64,000 bases of DNA from Lachnospiraceae bacterium (GCA_022792295.1 JAAWAR010000111.1:11447-75446), one strand, 5' to 3'; positions 39,247 through 49,724 are shown, counted from the stretch's first letter. Translations and numbers: made by a program. The notes: generated from the sequence alone by a model not told the origin.

Positions 39247-41313
39247 ATGAAGCGGATAGCAGTATTTACTGTATATGACAAGGATGGCGTTTTATATGCA
39301 TATCGCCGGCATATCCTGAAGGAATTGAGGGCCGTGGCTGACCGGGTAATCGTCGTATGCAACGGCCCAATGGAGCCGGGCAGCAAAAAGGCTCTGTATG
39401 AAATGGCAGATGAAGTTTTTTTCAGGACCAACAGCGGCTATGACGCGTTCGCCTACAAATATGCCCTGGAAGAAGCAGTCGGGTGGGCCAAACTGGAACA
39501 GTATGACGAGCTGCTGTTAATGAACGATTCATTTTACGGCCCGTTTTGGCTGATGGCAGACATTCTGGAAGAAATGGCAGAAAGGGACGCCGATTTTTGG
39601 GGGCTCACCGCACAGCCGCCGATGGCGAACACGTTTGGCAGCGCGTATTTTTACAGGGAGCTTCCCTACCACATTCAGACCTATTTTCTTGTAGTCAGGG
39701 ACAGGCTGCTGCATGCCCCTGCCTTTTGCAGATTTTGGGATACATTAGAGCCTGTAAACGGATTTACGGATGCGGTTACGAAATTTGAACTGCGGTTTAC
39801 TGCGTTTTTTCAGAAGGAAGGATTTTTGGCCGCCTCCTACGTCGATTGCGCCTGCATGGAACAGGAAAAAACGGAAAACAGGCTTCCGTATATTATGTAT
39901 GAGCCCTATGAGATGATAAAAGAGCATCATTGTCCCATTTTAAAAAGAAAATGTTTTACAATGCCTTATTCGGATATTCTGCAGTATTCGGTCGGACAGG
40001 ATGCCAAACGGGCACTGGAATTCATTTCCAGGCATACGGACTATGACGAGGGAATGATATGGGAACACCTTATACGGACCGTTGAGCCGGGAAAGCTGCA
40101 GCAGGCCCTGCATCTTAGCTTTATTCTGCCTTCTGCATACACCTCAAAAAAAGACAGGAGCAAAACACATAAGACGGCTGTGATCGCGCATGTTAACTAT
40201 CCGGAATTATTGGAAGAATGCTTTGCCTATCTGTGCCGGGTTCCTGCAAGGATCGATCTGTACATAACGACAAAATCCCTGGACATCAAAAAGAAGCTGG
40301 AAGAAAAATTTTATTCGCGCGGCCGCCTGAATGTTAAGGTGCGTATGATCGGGGACCGCGGCAGGGAGATCAGGGGGATGCTCATCGAGTGCGCGGATGT
40401 GTTTCGCGAGTACGAATATGTAGGCTATGTGCACGATAAACGAACGGCAGGAAATGCAGGGGAGGCCAAAATCGGAGAAATATACCGTTCTTTGCTGTGG
40501 GATAACATGTTGAAAAGCAGCGCATATATCAACAACGCCCTGGCTTTGCTGGAAGAAAACACGCATATCGGCCTGTTGGCGCCTCCGGAGCCATACCATG
40601 GAAACTATTTCCGGTATCTGGGGCAGGAATGGACGCAGAACTACCAAACGACGTGTGAATTAGCGTCCCGGCTGAAACTGCAATGTGTTCTGGAGGAAGA
40701 CTGTCCTCCGTTTGTACTGGGAACAACCTTCTGGTGCAAAAGCCGGGCGCTGGCTCCGTTAATCGACTTTGGATTTTCGGAGAACGATTTTGAAGAAGAA
40801 CCGCTGGGTCTGGATGGGACGATCAATCACGCTATAGAGAGAATTTTTCAATATGCGGCGCAAAGCCAGGGCTACGCGTCGGGAATCGTGATGAATGACG
40901 CCTTTGCATCCGACTATTTTGAAGATTATCACTGTATGCTGAACGGAGTCCTTTCGGAATTCAGAAAGACAGAAAAGTACTGTACACTTCGGGAGTGCAT
41001 GGAGTTTGGTGATACAGAGGCGCTGAAGGAATTTTGCGGCAGGTATAAAAGCGTGTATGTATATGGAACGGGAAGCTATGCCGCTATTTTGACAGATATT
41101 TTGCGTAATCTTAAAGTGGACTGGCAGGGATACGTTGTATCAGAAGGGCACAGGACAAAGAACCGCTGGAAGGGCAGGCCGGTCTGCCTGCTGTCTGAAA
41201 TAGAGAAGGAACGCAGAGAGGTCGGGTTGATTCTTGCACTTGACAAAATCCATCAGGCTGAAGTGCTTCCTGCATTGAGAGAAAAGGATTTTACAAACAT
41301 TTATAGAGTGTGA
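39247..41313 (+). CDS. Rhamnan synthesis F (RgpF) family protein
   Basis: NSGYDAFAY, MNDSFYGP, DFWGLT, HIQTYF, RGRE, HDKR, HAIER. Confidence 0.88.
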   Translation: MKRIAVFTVYDKDGVLYAYRRHILKELRAVADRVIVVCNGPMEPGSKKALYEMADEVFFRTNSGYDAFAYKYALEEAVGWAKLEQYDELLLMNDSFYGPFWLMADILEEMAERDADFWGLTAQPPMANTFGSAYFYRELPYHIQTYFLVVRDRLLHAPAFCRFWDTLEPVNGFTDAVTKFELRFTAFFQKEGFLAASYVDCACMEQEKTENRLPYIMYEPYEMIKEHHCPILKRKCFTMPYSDILQYSVGQDAKRALEFISRHTDYDEGMIWEHLIRTVEPGKLQQALHLSFILPSAYTSKKDRSKTHKTAVIAHVNYPELLEECFAYLCRVPARIDLYITTKSLDIKKKLEEKFYSRGRLNVKVRMIGDRGREIRGMLIECADVFREYEYVGYVHDKRTAGNAGEAKIGEIYRSLLWDNMLKSSAYINNALALLEENTHIGLLAPPEPYHGNYFRYLGQEWTQNYQTTCELASRLKLQCVLEEDCPPFVLGTTFWCKSRALAPLIDFGFSENDFEEEPLGLDGTINHAIERIFQYAAQSQGYASGIVMNDAFASDYFEDYHCMLNGVLSEFRKTEKYCTLRECMEFGDTEALKEFCGRYKSVYVYGTGSYAAILTDILRNLKVDWQGYVVSEGHRTKNRWKGRPVCLLSEIEKERREVGLILALDKIHQAEVLPALREKDFTNIYRV

Positions 41314-42590
41314 GCGGGGGGAGAGGCAAAATGCGGGCAGTTGAGGATACCGGCAGAATTTCGGAATATGTATGTTCTGCTTCGATCCATATGGCTTCTG
41401 AGGAGATTTTGACAGAAAATACGGCGCTCATCGTACATTTGTATTACGAGAGGCTGTTTGGGGAATGTATTTCATATTTGTGCGAGGTTCCTGAAGAAAT
41501 AGACGTTTATATCACCACAACATCGGAAGAAAAAAGGAAACAAATAGAAAAGATATGTCTGGAAAAGAAGGCGGCGTACCAAGAGATCCGAGTGGTCAAA
41601 AACAGAGGGCGCGAGCTTAGCGCATTATTTACTGCATGTGCGGATGTCTGGAAAAGCTATGCCTATCTGTGTTTTGTACATGACAAGGCTACGTCGGGGA
41701 ATGCGGGTCCCAAGAAAATCGGGGAAACCTACATGTTTCTGCTGTGGGAAAATTTGCTGAAAAATAAAATTTATATACGGAACCTTTGGTATTTTTTAAA
41801 GACGCATGAAAAGACAGGCCTGCTTGTGCCGCCTGTGCCGTATCACGACGGTTATTTCTCGAACTATGGAAACGAATGGACATCCTGTTATGAAAAAACG
41901 GGGGAGCTGGCAAAAAGACTGGGAATTACGAAGGAAATCTCCAAGGAATCCCCTCCGCCCGCCCTGGGGAGTGCCTTTTGGTGTAAGACAAAGGCGATGA
42001 AAACGCTCTGTGAGGCGAACCTTTCCTATGAGGAGTTTGATCCGGAACCGATGAAGACGGACAATACGATCAGCCATGCGATCGAACGAATCCTTCCTTA
42101 TGCGGCAGAACACGACGGCTATGAAACGGCGGCTGTGATGAACGACGAGTTTGCGTCGATTCAGGCGTCCAATTATCATTTTATGCTGAACAGCCTGGTG
42201 AAAAGAAAAACAAAGAATACTTGTTTTGCCACATACAGAGATTTAACGCAGCATGAGAATTATTTGAACTGCAGCAAGGCTGCGAAGTTTTTCGAAGCGT
42301 GCAGACCGAGATACGTGTACGGAACCGGCTTCTTTTCGGGCGAGGTAAGCCGATACCTGCAAAAACAGGGGATCCAATATGACGGTTATGTGGTATCTGA
42401 CGGCTACAGCCATCCGGAAACCTTCTGGGGAAAGCCCGTCATGAGCCTGTCATCTGTGCAGCCGGGAGAAAAGACGGGAATTGTTGTCGCTGTCAACATG
42501 AAAAACACACAAGAGATCGCATCGATCTTAAAGGAACGCGGATTTCATCATGTATATTTCAATCAAGCGGATGAGGGGATAAACGATTGA
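41310..42590 (+). CDS. RgpF-family protein (second RgpF domain only)
   Basis: VHLYY, NRGRE, FVHDK, GSAFWC, HAIERILP. Confidence 0.85.
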   Translation: MSGGRGKMRAVEDTGRISEYVCSASIHMASEEILTENTALIVHLYYERLFGECISYLCEVPEEIDVYITTTSEEKRKQIEKICLEKKAAYQEIRVVKNRGRELSALFTACADVWKSYAYLCFVHDKATSGNAGPKKIGETYMFLLWENLLKNKIYIRNLWYFLKTHEKTGLLVPPVPYHDGYFSNYGNEWTSCYEKTGELAKRLGITKEISKESPPPALGSAFWCKTKAMKTLCEANLSYEEFDPEPMKTDNTISHAIERILPYAAEHDGYETAAVMNDEFASIQASNYHFMLNSLVKRKTKNTCFATYRDLTQHENYLNCSKAAKFFEACRPRYVYGTGFFSGEVSRYLQKQGIQYDGYVVSDGYSHPETFWGKPVMSLSSVQPGEKTGIVVAVNMKNTQEIASILKERGFHHVYFNQADEGIND

Positions 42591-44419
42591 GAAATAATCT
42601 GGCGATCTATGCTACCTATGATAAAAACGGAAAAATTGACGACTATATTCTTTACTGTCTGCATGAACTGAGGAAGGTGGCAGATGATATAGCGGTCGTA
42701 AGCAATGCAAAACTTCCCCGAAAGGAGAAGGATAAGCTTTCCATGGTTCGCTATCTGTATGAACGGGAGGATACCGGATATGATGCGGGCGGATTCGCGT
42801 ACGCACTTGACAGGCTGCGGGGAGAAGGCCGGCTGGAAACGTATGATGCGGTTCTGTTTATGAATGATTCCGTATTCGGACCGTTTTATCCGTTTCAGGA
42901 GATGTTTGAGACGATGGAAAAAAGAGAGGACTTGGATTTTTGGGGAATCACCAAAAGAGGAGTCTCAGACTTTGACGGAGGCGATGCGGTCTATCCGGAA
43001 CATATCCAGCTGTATTTTTATGTGGTGCGAAAGAGGATGCTGCAAAGCGCCGATTTTACAGAGTATTGGACGACGCTCCCCCAAAAGCTGACGGATTTTA
43101 GGAGTGCGATTCTAAAGTACGAGTTTTTGTTTACAAAATATTTTGCAGACCGGGGCTTTCGATGGGATGTTTATTGCAAAACGGACGGATATGTGACAGA
43201 GAATCCTCACTTAAATATAAGCCCGTACCATTACTGCAGTTATGAGCTTGTAAAAGAGGCAAGATGCCCTCTGCTGAAAAGAAGGCTCTTTACGGGAGAC
43301 TTTGTGGAAGGAAGATTCAGCGACCGGTCGGATTTAAGGAAAGCCGTGTCTTACCTGGCGGATAATACGGCTTATGACATGGATCTGATATGGTCGCACA
43401 TCCTGCGGACTTATCCGCTGGGAGCCGTGATGGAGAGCATGCAGATGTACGAGCTGTTAGACACGCCTGCCGGCGCCTCTTTGCCGCAGCGCCTTCCGGT
43501 TCGGGTAATCGATCTGTTCGGGAACGTACTGCAAAATGCGGGTCTGGCTGTAAACGGCTTTTTTCCTGCCGAATATACACTGTTTATAGCCATAGAGGAA
43601 AACGGCACAATCCCCAGGGCATTGCTTGATGCACAGAAACACTGTATTCTTCAGAATTTAGTCAACGATGAAGCCTATCTTTTGGGCGTTTGCGAGCTGT
43701 TTGCAGGAAATCCCAGACTGGGTATGCTGATTCCGCCTGCGAATGTGTTCGGGAAGCTGAGCGGTTCGCTTGAAAAAAGATGGAAAAGGGAAGATCTCGC
43801 GGTAAAAATTCGGGATGCCTATCATTTGACCGTTCCGTTTGGCACATGTGCGCCCACGCATGATTTTTATGCGTTCTGGTGCAGAAGCAGTGTGCTTGAC
43901 GCCCCTCTTTTGGAAGCTTTAAAGGCAGACCGAACGGGGACCATGATGCAGATGATGCCGTTATTTGCCCAACAAAAGGGCTATTATACGGAGGTATTGG
44001 TAGGCAGAGCGTATGTGGTGGGCCTGCTGGCCAATATGCAGCGCACGATGTATGAGTTTTTTCACATGCAGGGATATGCATTGGCAGAGGATAAAGACAT
44101 AGAGGAGCTGAAAGAGGAGGCCTACAAAAGGCAGATTGCCGGATTTATTGGGAAGAAGGACAAAGTGTATGTCTACGGAGCCGGTCAGCTTGCATGCAGG
44201 GTGATCCGCATCCTGGAGGGAATGAGAAAGCCAAGCGGCATTGTCGTCAGCGACAAAAACGGAAATGCAGAAACCATATGCGGATATCCGGTGAAAGGAA
44301 TCGAGGAAGCAAATCTGCAGGGCTGCATCCTAATCCTTGCAGTCGGAGAAAAAAATAACACGGCTGTGGAGGAAAGGCTTAAGAAACTAGGAATCACGGA
44401 CTATCTGACGCTTGTGTAG
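42587..44419 (+). CDS. Rhamnan synthesis F (RgpF) family protein
   Basis: GYDAGGF, MNDSVFGP, DFWGIT, HIQLYF, CPLLKRR. Confidence 0.85.
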   Translation: MRNNLAIYATYDKNGKIDDYILYCLHELRKVADDIAVVSNAKLPRKEKDKLSMVRYLYEREDTGYDAGGFAYALDRLRGEGRLETYDAVLFMNDSVFGPFYPFQEMFETMEKREDLDFWGITKRGVSDFDGGDAVYPEHIQLYFYVVRKRMLQSADFTEYWTTLPQKLTDFRSAILKYEFLFTKYFADRGFRWDVYCKTDGYVTENPHLNISPYHYCSYELVKEARCPLLKRRLFTGDFVEGRFSDRSDLRKAVSYLADNTAYDMDLIWSHILRTYPLGAVMESMQMYELLDTPAGASLPQRLPVRVIDLFGNVLQNAGLAVNGFFPAEYTLFIAIEENGTIPRALLDAQKHCILQNLVNDEAYLLGVCELFAGNPRLGMLIPPANVFGKLSGSLEKRWKREDLAVKIRDAYHLTVPFGTCAPTHDFYAFWCRSSVLDAPLLEALKADRTGTMMQMMPLFAQQKGYYTEVLVGRAYVVGLLANMQRTMYEFFHMQGYALAEDKDIEELKEEAYKRQIAGFIGKKDKVYVYGAGQLACRVIRILEGMRKPSGIVVSDKNGNAETICGYPVKGIEEANLQGCILILAVGEKNNTAVEERLKKLGITDYLTLV

Positions 44420-44453
44420 GGCGGATTGACGAGAGCATGAAGGGGAACGGATT

Positions 44454-44987
44454 ATGGTTTTTAACAAATTAAAAATTGAAGGTGCCTTTTTGATCTGCCG
44501 TCAGCCCAATCAGGATGAACGCGGATATTTTTCAAGACTCTATTGTGAAAACGAGTTTCACGAAGCCGGGATCCGAATGGATCTCAGGCAGATGAATCTG
44601 TGTGAAAACAGAGAAAAAGGGACGCTGCGGGGGCTGCACTTTCAGAAGGGAGAGTATGCGGAGGATAAAGTGGTTTCGTGTACGCGGGGGTGCATTTACG
44701 ATGTGTGTGTAGATGTAAGGCCTGACTCGCCGACGTATCAAAGCTATTGCGCCTATGAGCTGTCGGAGGAGAATGGAAGGATGCTCTATATCCCAAAGGG
44801 CTGCGCGCACGGTTACGTCACACTGACAGAAAACTGTCAGCTTTTGTACCTGATGTCTCAGTTTTATGCCCCCGGCCATGACGGGGGATACCGGTATGAC
44901 GATCCGGCGTTCCAGATAGACTGGCCGGTAAAGACGGGGCTGATTCTTTCAAAAAAGGACAGGGAGTTGCCGTGGATCGGCAGCTGA
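44454..44987 (+). CDS. rfbC: NDP-4-keto-6-deoxyhexose 3,5-epimerase (RmlC/RfbC family)
   Basis: DERGYF, GTLRGLHFQ, DVRPDSPTY, IPKGCAHGY, IDWP. Confidence 0.92.
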   Translation: MVFNKLKIEGAFLICRQPNQDERGYFSRLYCENEFHEAGIRMDLRQMNLCENREKGTLRGLHFQKGEYAEDKVVSCTRGCIYDVCVDVRPDSPTYQSYCAYELSEENGRMLYIPKGCAHGYVTLTENCQLLYLMSQFYAPGHDGGYRYDDPAFQIDWPVKTGLILSKKDRELPWIGS

Positions 44988-45027
44988 AAAATAATAAGAA
45001 AATAAAAAAGGTGAGGAATCAAACAGT

Positions 45028-46260
45028 ATGGACAGAAAGCAATGCCGGTTTTGCGGCAAAGAGTTAAAACATACCATGGTGGATCTGGGGCTGTCTCCCA
45101 TATCCAACGAATATGTGACAAAGGAAAACGTGGATTTGGGGCAGTATTATTATCCGCTGCATGTGATGGTATGCGAGGAGTGTCTGCTTGCACAGGCGAT
45201 GGAATATAAAGCGCCGGAACAGATATTCACGAATTACAAATATTTCAGTTCTTATTCAAAAAGCTGGCTGGAGCACTGTAAAAGATATGTAGACAGGATC
45301 GTTGACAGACTTTCTCTGGGCAGGGAGAGCCTGGTCTATGAGATAGCCTGCAATGACGGATACCTGCTTCAATATTTTAAGCCCTATGGGATACCGGTTT
45401 TTGGAATCGAGCCTGCCGAAAATGTCGCAGAGGAGACGAGAAAAAAAGGGATCGACGTAGCCGTAGAATTCTGGGGAGAACAAACGGCGGTGCAAATTGC
45501 AGGAGAACATGGCAGAGCGGATCTGATTATCGGGAATAATGTGCTTGCCCATGTTCCGGACATCAATGGCTTTGTGGAGGGGCTTCGTATCGCCCTGAAG
45601 GAGACAGGCACCATCACGATGGAGTTCCCGCATTTGCTGAGGCTTATAGAACTCAATCAGTTTGATACGATTTATCAGGAGCATTTTTCTTACCTCTCTC
45701 TGCTGACTGTCCGCAGAATTTTCCAAGCGCACGGACTGAAGATCTATGATGTGGAGGAGTTAGCGACACACGGAGGTTCTCTGCGGATTTATGCGGCACA
45801 TACACAAAACGCCGCCTGTGAGGTGTCCGAGAACGTAAGCCGGGTGATCCAGGATGAAAAAGAGTATGGCTTTGAGCACATGGAGACGTACGAGGACTTT
45901 GCAAAAAAAGTAGAAGCAATCAAACGGGATAGCTGTAAGCTCCTAATCCGTCTGAAAGAGGAAGGGAAAAAAATAGCCGCGTTTGGGGCGGCTGCCAAGG
46001 GGAACACCTTTTTAAATTACTGCGGCATAGGCAGAGAATACATTGATTTTGTGGCAGACTCGAGCATCCCCAAGCAGGGCTTATACCTACCGGGGACAAG
46101 AATCCCGATCGTAAGCCCGGAAAGGATACGGGAGGAAAAGCCGGATTATATCGTTTTGCTTGCCTGGAATCTGCGGGACGAGTTTTCGGAGCTGCTTGCC
46201 TATACGCGCGAATGGGGCTGTAAGCTGATCACATTTATTCCCCGGACGGAAGTATTTTGA
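45028..46260 (+). CDS. NDP-hexose C-methyltransferase (Zn-binding, class I SAM)
   Basis: CRFC...CEEC, EIACNDGYLL, NNVLAHVPD, FDTIYQEH, THGGSLR, GAAAKGNT. Confidence 0.9.
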   Translation: MDRKQCRFCGKELKHTMVDLGLSPISNEYVTKENVDLGQYYYPLHVMVCEECLLAQAMEYKAPEQIFTNYKYFSSYSKSWLEHCKRYVDRIVDRLSLGRESLVYEIACNDGYLLQYFKPYGIPVFGIEPAENVAEETRKKGIDVAVEFWGEQTAVQIAGEHGRADLIIGNNVLAHVPDINGFVEGLRIALKETGTITMEFPHLLRLIELNQFDTIYQEHFSYLSLLTVRRIFQAHGLKIYDVEELATHGGSLRIYAAHTQNAACEVSENVSRVIQDEKEYGFEHMETYEDFAKKVEAIKRDSCKLLIRLKEEGKKIAAFGAAAKGNTFLNYCGIGREYIDFVADSSIPKQGLYLPGTRIPIVSPERIREEKPDYIVLLAWNLRDEFSELLAYTREWGCKLITFIPRTEVF

Positions 46261-47201
46261 TGAAAAAGGTATTTATGACAGGCGCCACAGGTTTCATCGG
46301 AATCCATCTGCTGCGGGAAATGCGAAAAAGAGGAACGGAAGTCTGGGCATTGTGCAGAGAGAGCAGCAGGGAGTATGAAGCTGTAAAAAAAATAGCGGGC
46401 GTACATATTGTCGGCTGCGGTCTGGAAGACGTACAGACCGTTTTAAAGCTGTGTCGAGAGAGGGAATTTGATGCTTTTTACCATTTGGCATGGAACGGTG
46501 CCTCCGGGCCTCTTAGGAAGGAATACGGCGTACAGCTGCAGAATGTCAAGTGGACCTGTGATTGTGTCAAGGCGGCAAAGTTTCTGCAGTGCAAAAAAAT
46601 AATCGTCACGGGGACTGTCTGTGAAAACCAGTGCAGTGCGATTGACGGCCTGGAAGAATTTGTGGGAGCCTCCTATTATTTATTTGCCAAAAGGTATGCG
46701 CACAGGCTGGCAAGAGAAATCAGCAAAGAGCTGGATATGCCTCTCGTATGGTGCCAGTTTTACCATCCGATCGGTGTATTTAACAAAAAGGAACAGATTA
46801 TAGCGGATACCATACAAAAGCTTCTGCATCAGGAAAGTCTCCGATTTGGACCGGCAAACGGGCTGTTTGATGTGATTGACGTAAGGGACTTGGCCTGCGC
46901 CTTATATAAAATGGGGGAAACGGCGCTTAAAAACGACACGTATTTCATCGGGAGCGGCAGTCCCAGAAGACTGAAGGAATACTTAGAAGATATAAAGGAG
47001 ATTTTGGATCCTTTTGCCGACATGCAGTATGGGTCGATAAAAACGGCAGACCTTCCGATGGAACGGGCCTGGCTGGACCCTTCCGCTTTTCAGGAGGAAA
47101 CAGGCTTTATCCCGTCAATCTCTTTTTCGGAGAGTGTGGAAGAAATGCGGACATGGCTGGAGAATGAAAAAAGATATGATTTTGAAAAATGGTTCTTTTG
47201 A
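46260..47201 (+). CDS. NAD-dependent epimerase/reductase (extended SDR)
   Basis: TGATGFIG, YHLAW, YLFAK (YxxxK). Confidence 0.88.
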   Translation: MKKVFMTGATGFIGIHLLREMRKRGTEVWALCRESSREYEAVKKIAGVHIVGCGLEDVQTVLKLCREREFDAFYHLAWNGASGPLRKEYGVQLQNVKWTCDCVKAAKFLQCKKIIVTGTVCENQCSAIDGLEEFVGASYYLFAKRYAHRLAREISKELDMPLVWCQFYHPIGVFNKKEQIIADTIQKLLHQESLRFGPANGLFDVIDVRDLACALYKMGETALKNDTYFIGSGSPRRLKEYLEDIKEILDPFADMQYGSIKTADLPMERAWLDPSAFQEETGFIPSISFSESVEEMRTWLENEKRYDFEKWFF

Positions 47202-48282
47202 GGAAATGGCGCGGCAGATCGAACAGAAGAAACAACAGATCGTCATTTTTGGCGCAGGCATGATAGGGAGGGTTACAACCCTGGCCATATTAAAAAAACA
47301 CAATCTGGAAAACAGGGTGTCTTTTTATGTGGACAATGACCCCGATAAGGCAGGCAATACGAAAGGTGGATACGAGGTCCGGCCGGTGGAACGGCTGAAG
47401 GAGGTAAACGGGGACAGAACCGTTATTCTTTTGGCCGTAAGCAGATTTGCAGACAGCCTGGCGCAGCTTGAGAATTTTAAAAATCTGGAGCATACGGCCT
47501 GTTTCCTGATTCCGATGATGTGTATCACCAATTTCAGGCCGTCCGGGGAAAATCTGATTCAAAAGGACAGCAAAGTCCGCAGGATTCCTAAAATCATCCA
47601 TTATATGTGGCTGGGAGGCCAAAAGATTCCCGCTGTCCTTTTGCGGTGTATGGAAAGCTGGAAGAAATACTGCCCGGACTATGAAATACGCTGCTGGGAT
47701 GAGTCCAATTATGATATAAATAAGAATTCGTATATGAGGGAGGCATACAGGCGCGGCATGTACGGGTTTGTGCCGGATTATGCAAGATTAGATATTCTGT
47801 ATACATATGGAGGGATCTATCTTGACACGGATGTCGAGCTCATAAAGGGGTTAGACGACATGCTGTACCAGGAGGCGTTTTGCTGCGTGGAAAAGTGGCA
47901 GAATATAAATTTCGGCGGCGGCAGCGGCGCCGTAAAGGGCAGCAGGGCGATCGGGGAGTTATTAAAGACGAGAGCGGAGTTGGCCTTTATAGATGAAAAG
48001 GGCAATATAAATAAAAATACCTGTGGATACTACGATACGCTGGCGCTGCAGAAATTTGGCTATAAAATCTGCGGCGGACCGCAGAAAATCCTTGACATGA
48101 ATATTTATCCATATGAAGTGTTCCATCCATATGATTACATGTCAAAAAGAACGGCCCGGTCGGTCAATACACATGGGATTCATCACTTTAACGGCGGCTG
48201 GCTGGACGAATCAATGAGGCGTGCAAACCAGAAGACGGCAGAGGAATTCGAGGAAATATACCAGAGGACTGTTACTTTGTAA
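47164..48282 (+). CDS. GT32 DxD glycosyltransferase with N-terminal Rossmann-like domain
   Basis: IPKIIHYMWLGG, DYARLDILYTYGGIYLDTD; start uncertain (47164 or 47176). Confidence 0.88.
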   Translation: MKKDMILKNGSFEEMARQIEQKKQQIVIFGAGMIGRVTTLAILKKHNLENRVSFYVDNDPDKAGNTKGGYEVRPVERLKEVNGDRTVILLAVSRFADSLAQLENFKNLEHTACFLIPMMCITNFRPSGENLIQKDSKVRRIPKIIHYMWLGGQKIPAVLLRCMESWKKYCPDYEIRCWDESNYDINKNSYMREAYRRGMYGFVPDYARLDILYTYGGIYLDTDVELIKGLDDMLYQEAFCCVEKWQNINFGGGSGAVKGSRAIGELLKTRAELAFIDEKGNINKNTCGYYDTLALQKFGYKICGGPQKILDMNIYPYEVFHPYDYMSKRTARSVNTHGIHHFNGGWLDESMRRANQKTAEEFEEIYQRTVTL

Positions 48283-48291
48283 ATGAAATGC

Positions 48292-48320
48292 TTGTATAAA
48301 TTGGTTGAATCCTGTACAAT
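48292..48320 (+). promoter_or_regulatory. Internal sigmaA-like promoter for the CDP-alditol module
   Basis: TTGTAT-N17-TACAAT in the gap between GT32 and the epimerase. Confidence 0.5.
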
Positions 48321-48345
48321 GGAGATACGTTCTGGAGGAAAGGGT

Positions 48346-49008
48346 ATGCAAATTGAACTGAATGCGTCAATGATGTGCGCGGATTATGGACATCTGGAGC
48401 AGGAGGTAAGAAATCTGGAGCAGGGCGGCATTGATTCCTTCCACATCGACATCATGGATGGCCGGTATGTCCCTAACTTTGCCATGTCGTTAAACGATCT
48501 GCGCTACATTGCAGGCGCGACAAAAAAGCCGCTCGATATTCATCTGATGATCGAGCATCCAAGCAATAACATCGGTTTGTTTATAAAAAGCCTGCGAAAG
48601 GGGGATACGGTTTATATCCATCCGGAGGCTGAATACCATCCGTCCACGACGCTGCAGAGCATAATCAACGCGGGAATCACTCCGGGGATTGCCATCACTC
48701 CGGGTACCTCGGTGGAGACGGTGATGGAGATGTTACGCATCGTAAAAAAGGTTTTGGTGATGTCTGTCAACCCCGGGAATGCAGGGCAGATGTATCTGCC
48801 GTATGTCGGAAAGAAAATTATTAAGCTGCTTGCCATGAAAGAGGATATGGATTTTGAAATCTACTGGGACGGAGCGTGCAGTGCGGATAAGATTCTGGAA
48901 TTTGCCCCCAAGGGCGTGAGAGGATTCGTGCTGGGGACGACGCTGCTTTTTGGGAAAGGAAAGCCGTATGGAGAGATTTTGCAGAATATACGGGAAATGA
49001 GGTTTTAG
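48346..49008 (+). CDS. Ribulose/allulose-phosphate 3-epimerase family protein
   Basis: SMMCAD, FHIDIMDG..VPN, DIHLM, VMSVNPG, WDG. Confidence 0.88.
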   Translation: MQIELNASMMCADYGHLEQEVRNLEQGGIDSFHIDIMDGRYVPNFAMSLNDLRYIAGATKKPLDIHLMIEHPSNNIGLFIKSLRKGDTVYIHPEAEYHPSTTLQSIINAGITPGIAITPGTSVETVMEMLRIVKKVLVMSVNPGNAGQMYLPYVGKKIIKLLAMKEDMDFEIYWDGACSADKILEFAPKGVRGFVLGTTLLFGKGKPYGEILQNIREMRF

Positions 49009-49013
49009 ACGGT

Positions 49014-49724
49014 ATGAATATAGGAATCCTGCTGGCAGGCGGGACAGGCACAAGGCTCGGGACAGAGATTCCGAAGCAATATATAAAAGCAGGCGGACGG
49101 GCGGTGATGACGTATTCGCTCGAATGCCTGTGCCGTCATGAGAAGATTGACGCGGTGCAGATCGTGGCAGAGCCCGCCTGGCGGGCGCAGATTACAGAAT
49201 GGCTTTTAAAGTATGACCCCGGGAGAAAATTCCGGGGCTTTTGTGCACCCGGGCAGACACGCCAGCTTTCCGTTTTTTATGCGCTAAAGGAGATAAAGAA
49301 CTATGCGGAGGCAGAGGACTGTGTGCTGATTCATGACGCCGCACGGCCGCTTCTTTCAGCCGAACAGGTCACAGAATGTCTGGCTGCGGTACGAGAGGGG
49401 CACGACGGCGCCCTTCCGGTGCTGCCTATGAAGGATACCGTGTACCAAAGCCGTGACAAAAAAACAGTCTCTTGTCTTCTGGAACGGAAGGAAATATTTG
49501 CAGGGCAGGCGCCGGAGGCGTTTCGCTTCGGGAAATACTACGAGGCAAATAGAAGGCTTTTCCCAGAGCAAATCTACGGGATCAACGGCTCAACGGAGCC
49601 CGCGGTTCTGGCGGGAATGGACATTTTGATGATACCGGGAGACGAGGAAAATTTTAAGATTACGACAAAGGCGGATCTGGACCGGTTCTGCCGGATTCTG
49701 CAGGAAAGGGACGGGATACTATAA
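49014..49724 (+). CDS. IspD/TarI-family cytidylyltransferase
   Basis: LLAGGTGTRLG..PKQY, IHDAARP, NFKITT. Confidence 0.92.
   Translation: MNIGILLAGGTGTRLGTEIPKQYIKAGGRAVMTYSLECLCRHEKIDAVQIVAEPAWRAQITEWLLKYDPGRKFRGFCAPGQTRQLSVFYALKEIKNYAEAEDCVLIHDAARPLLSAEQVTECLAAVREGHDGALPVLPMKDTVYQSRDKKTVSCLLERKEIFAGQAPEAFRFGKYYEANRRLFPEQIYGINGSTEPAVLAGMDILMIPGDEENFKITTKADLDRFCRILQERDGIL

Noticed and set aside
49014-49724. MEP-pathway ispD
   Set aside because: Context with an alditol-phosphate dehydrogenase and glycan genes, with no ispF, favours a TarI-like role
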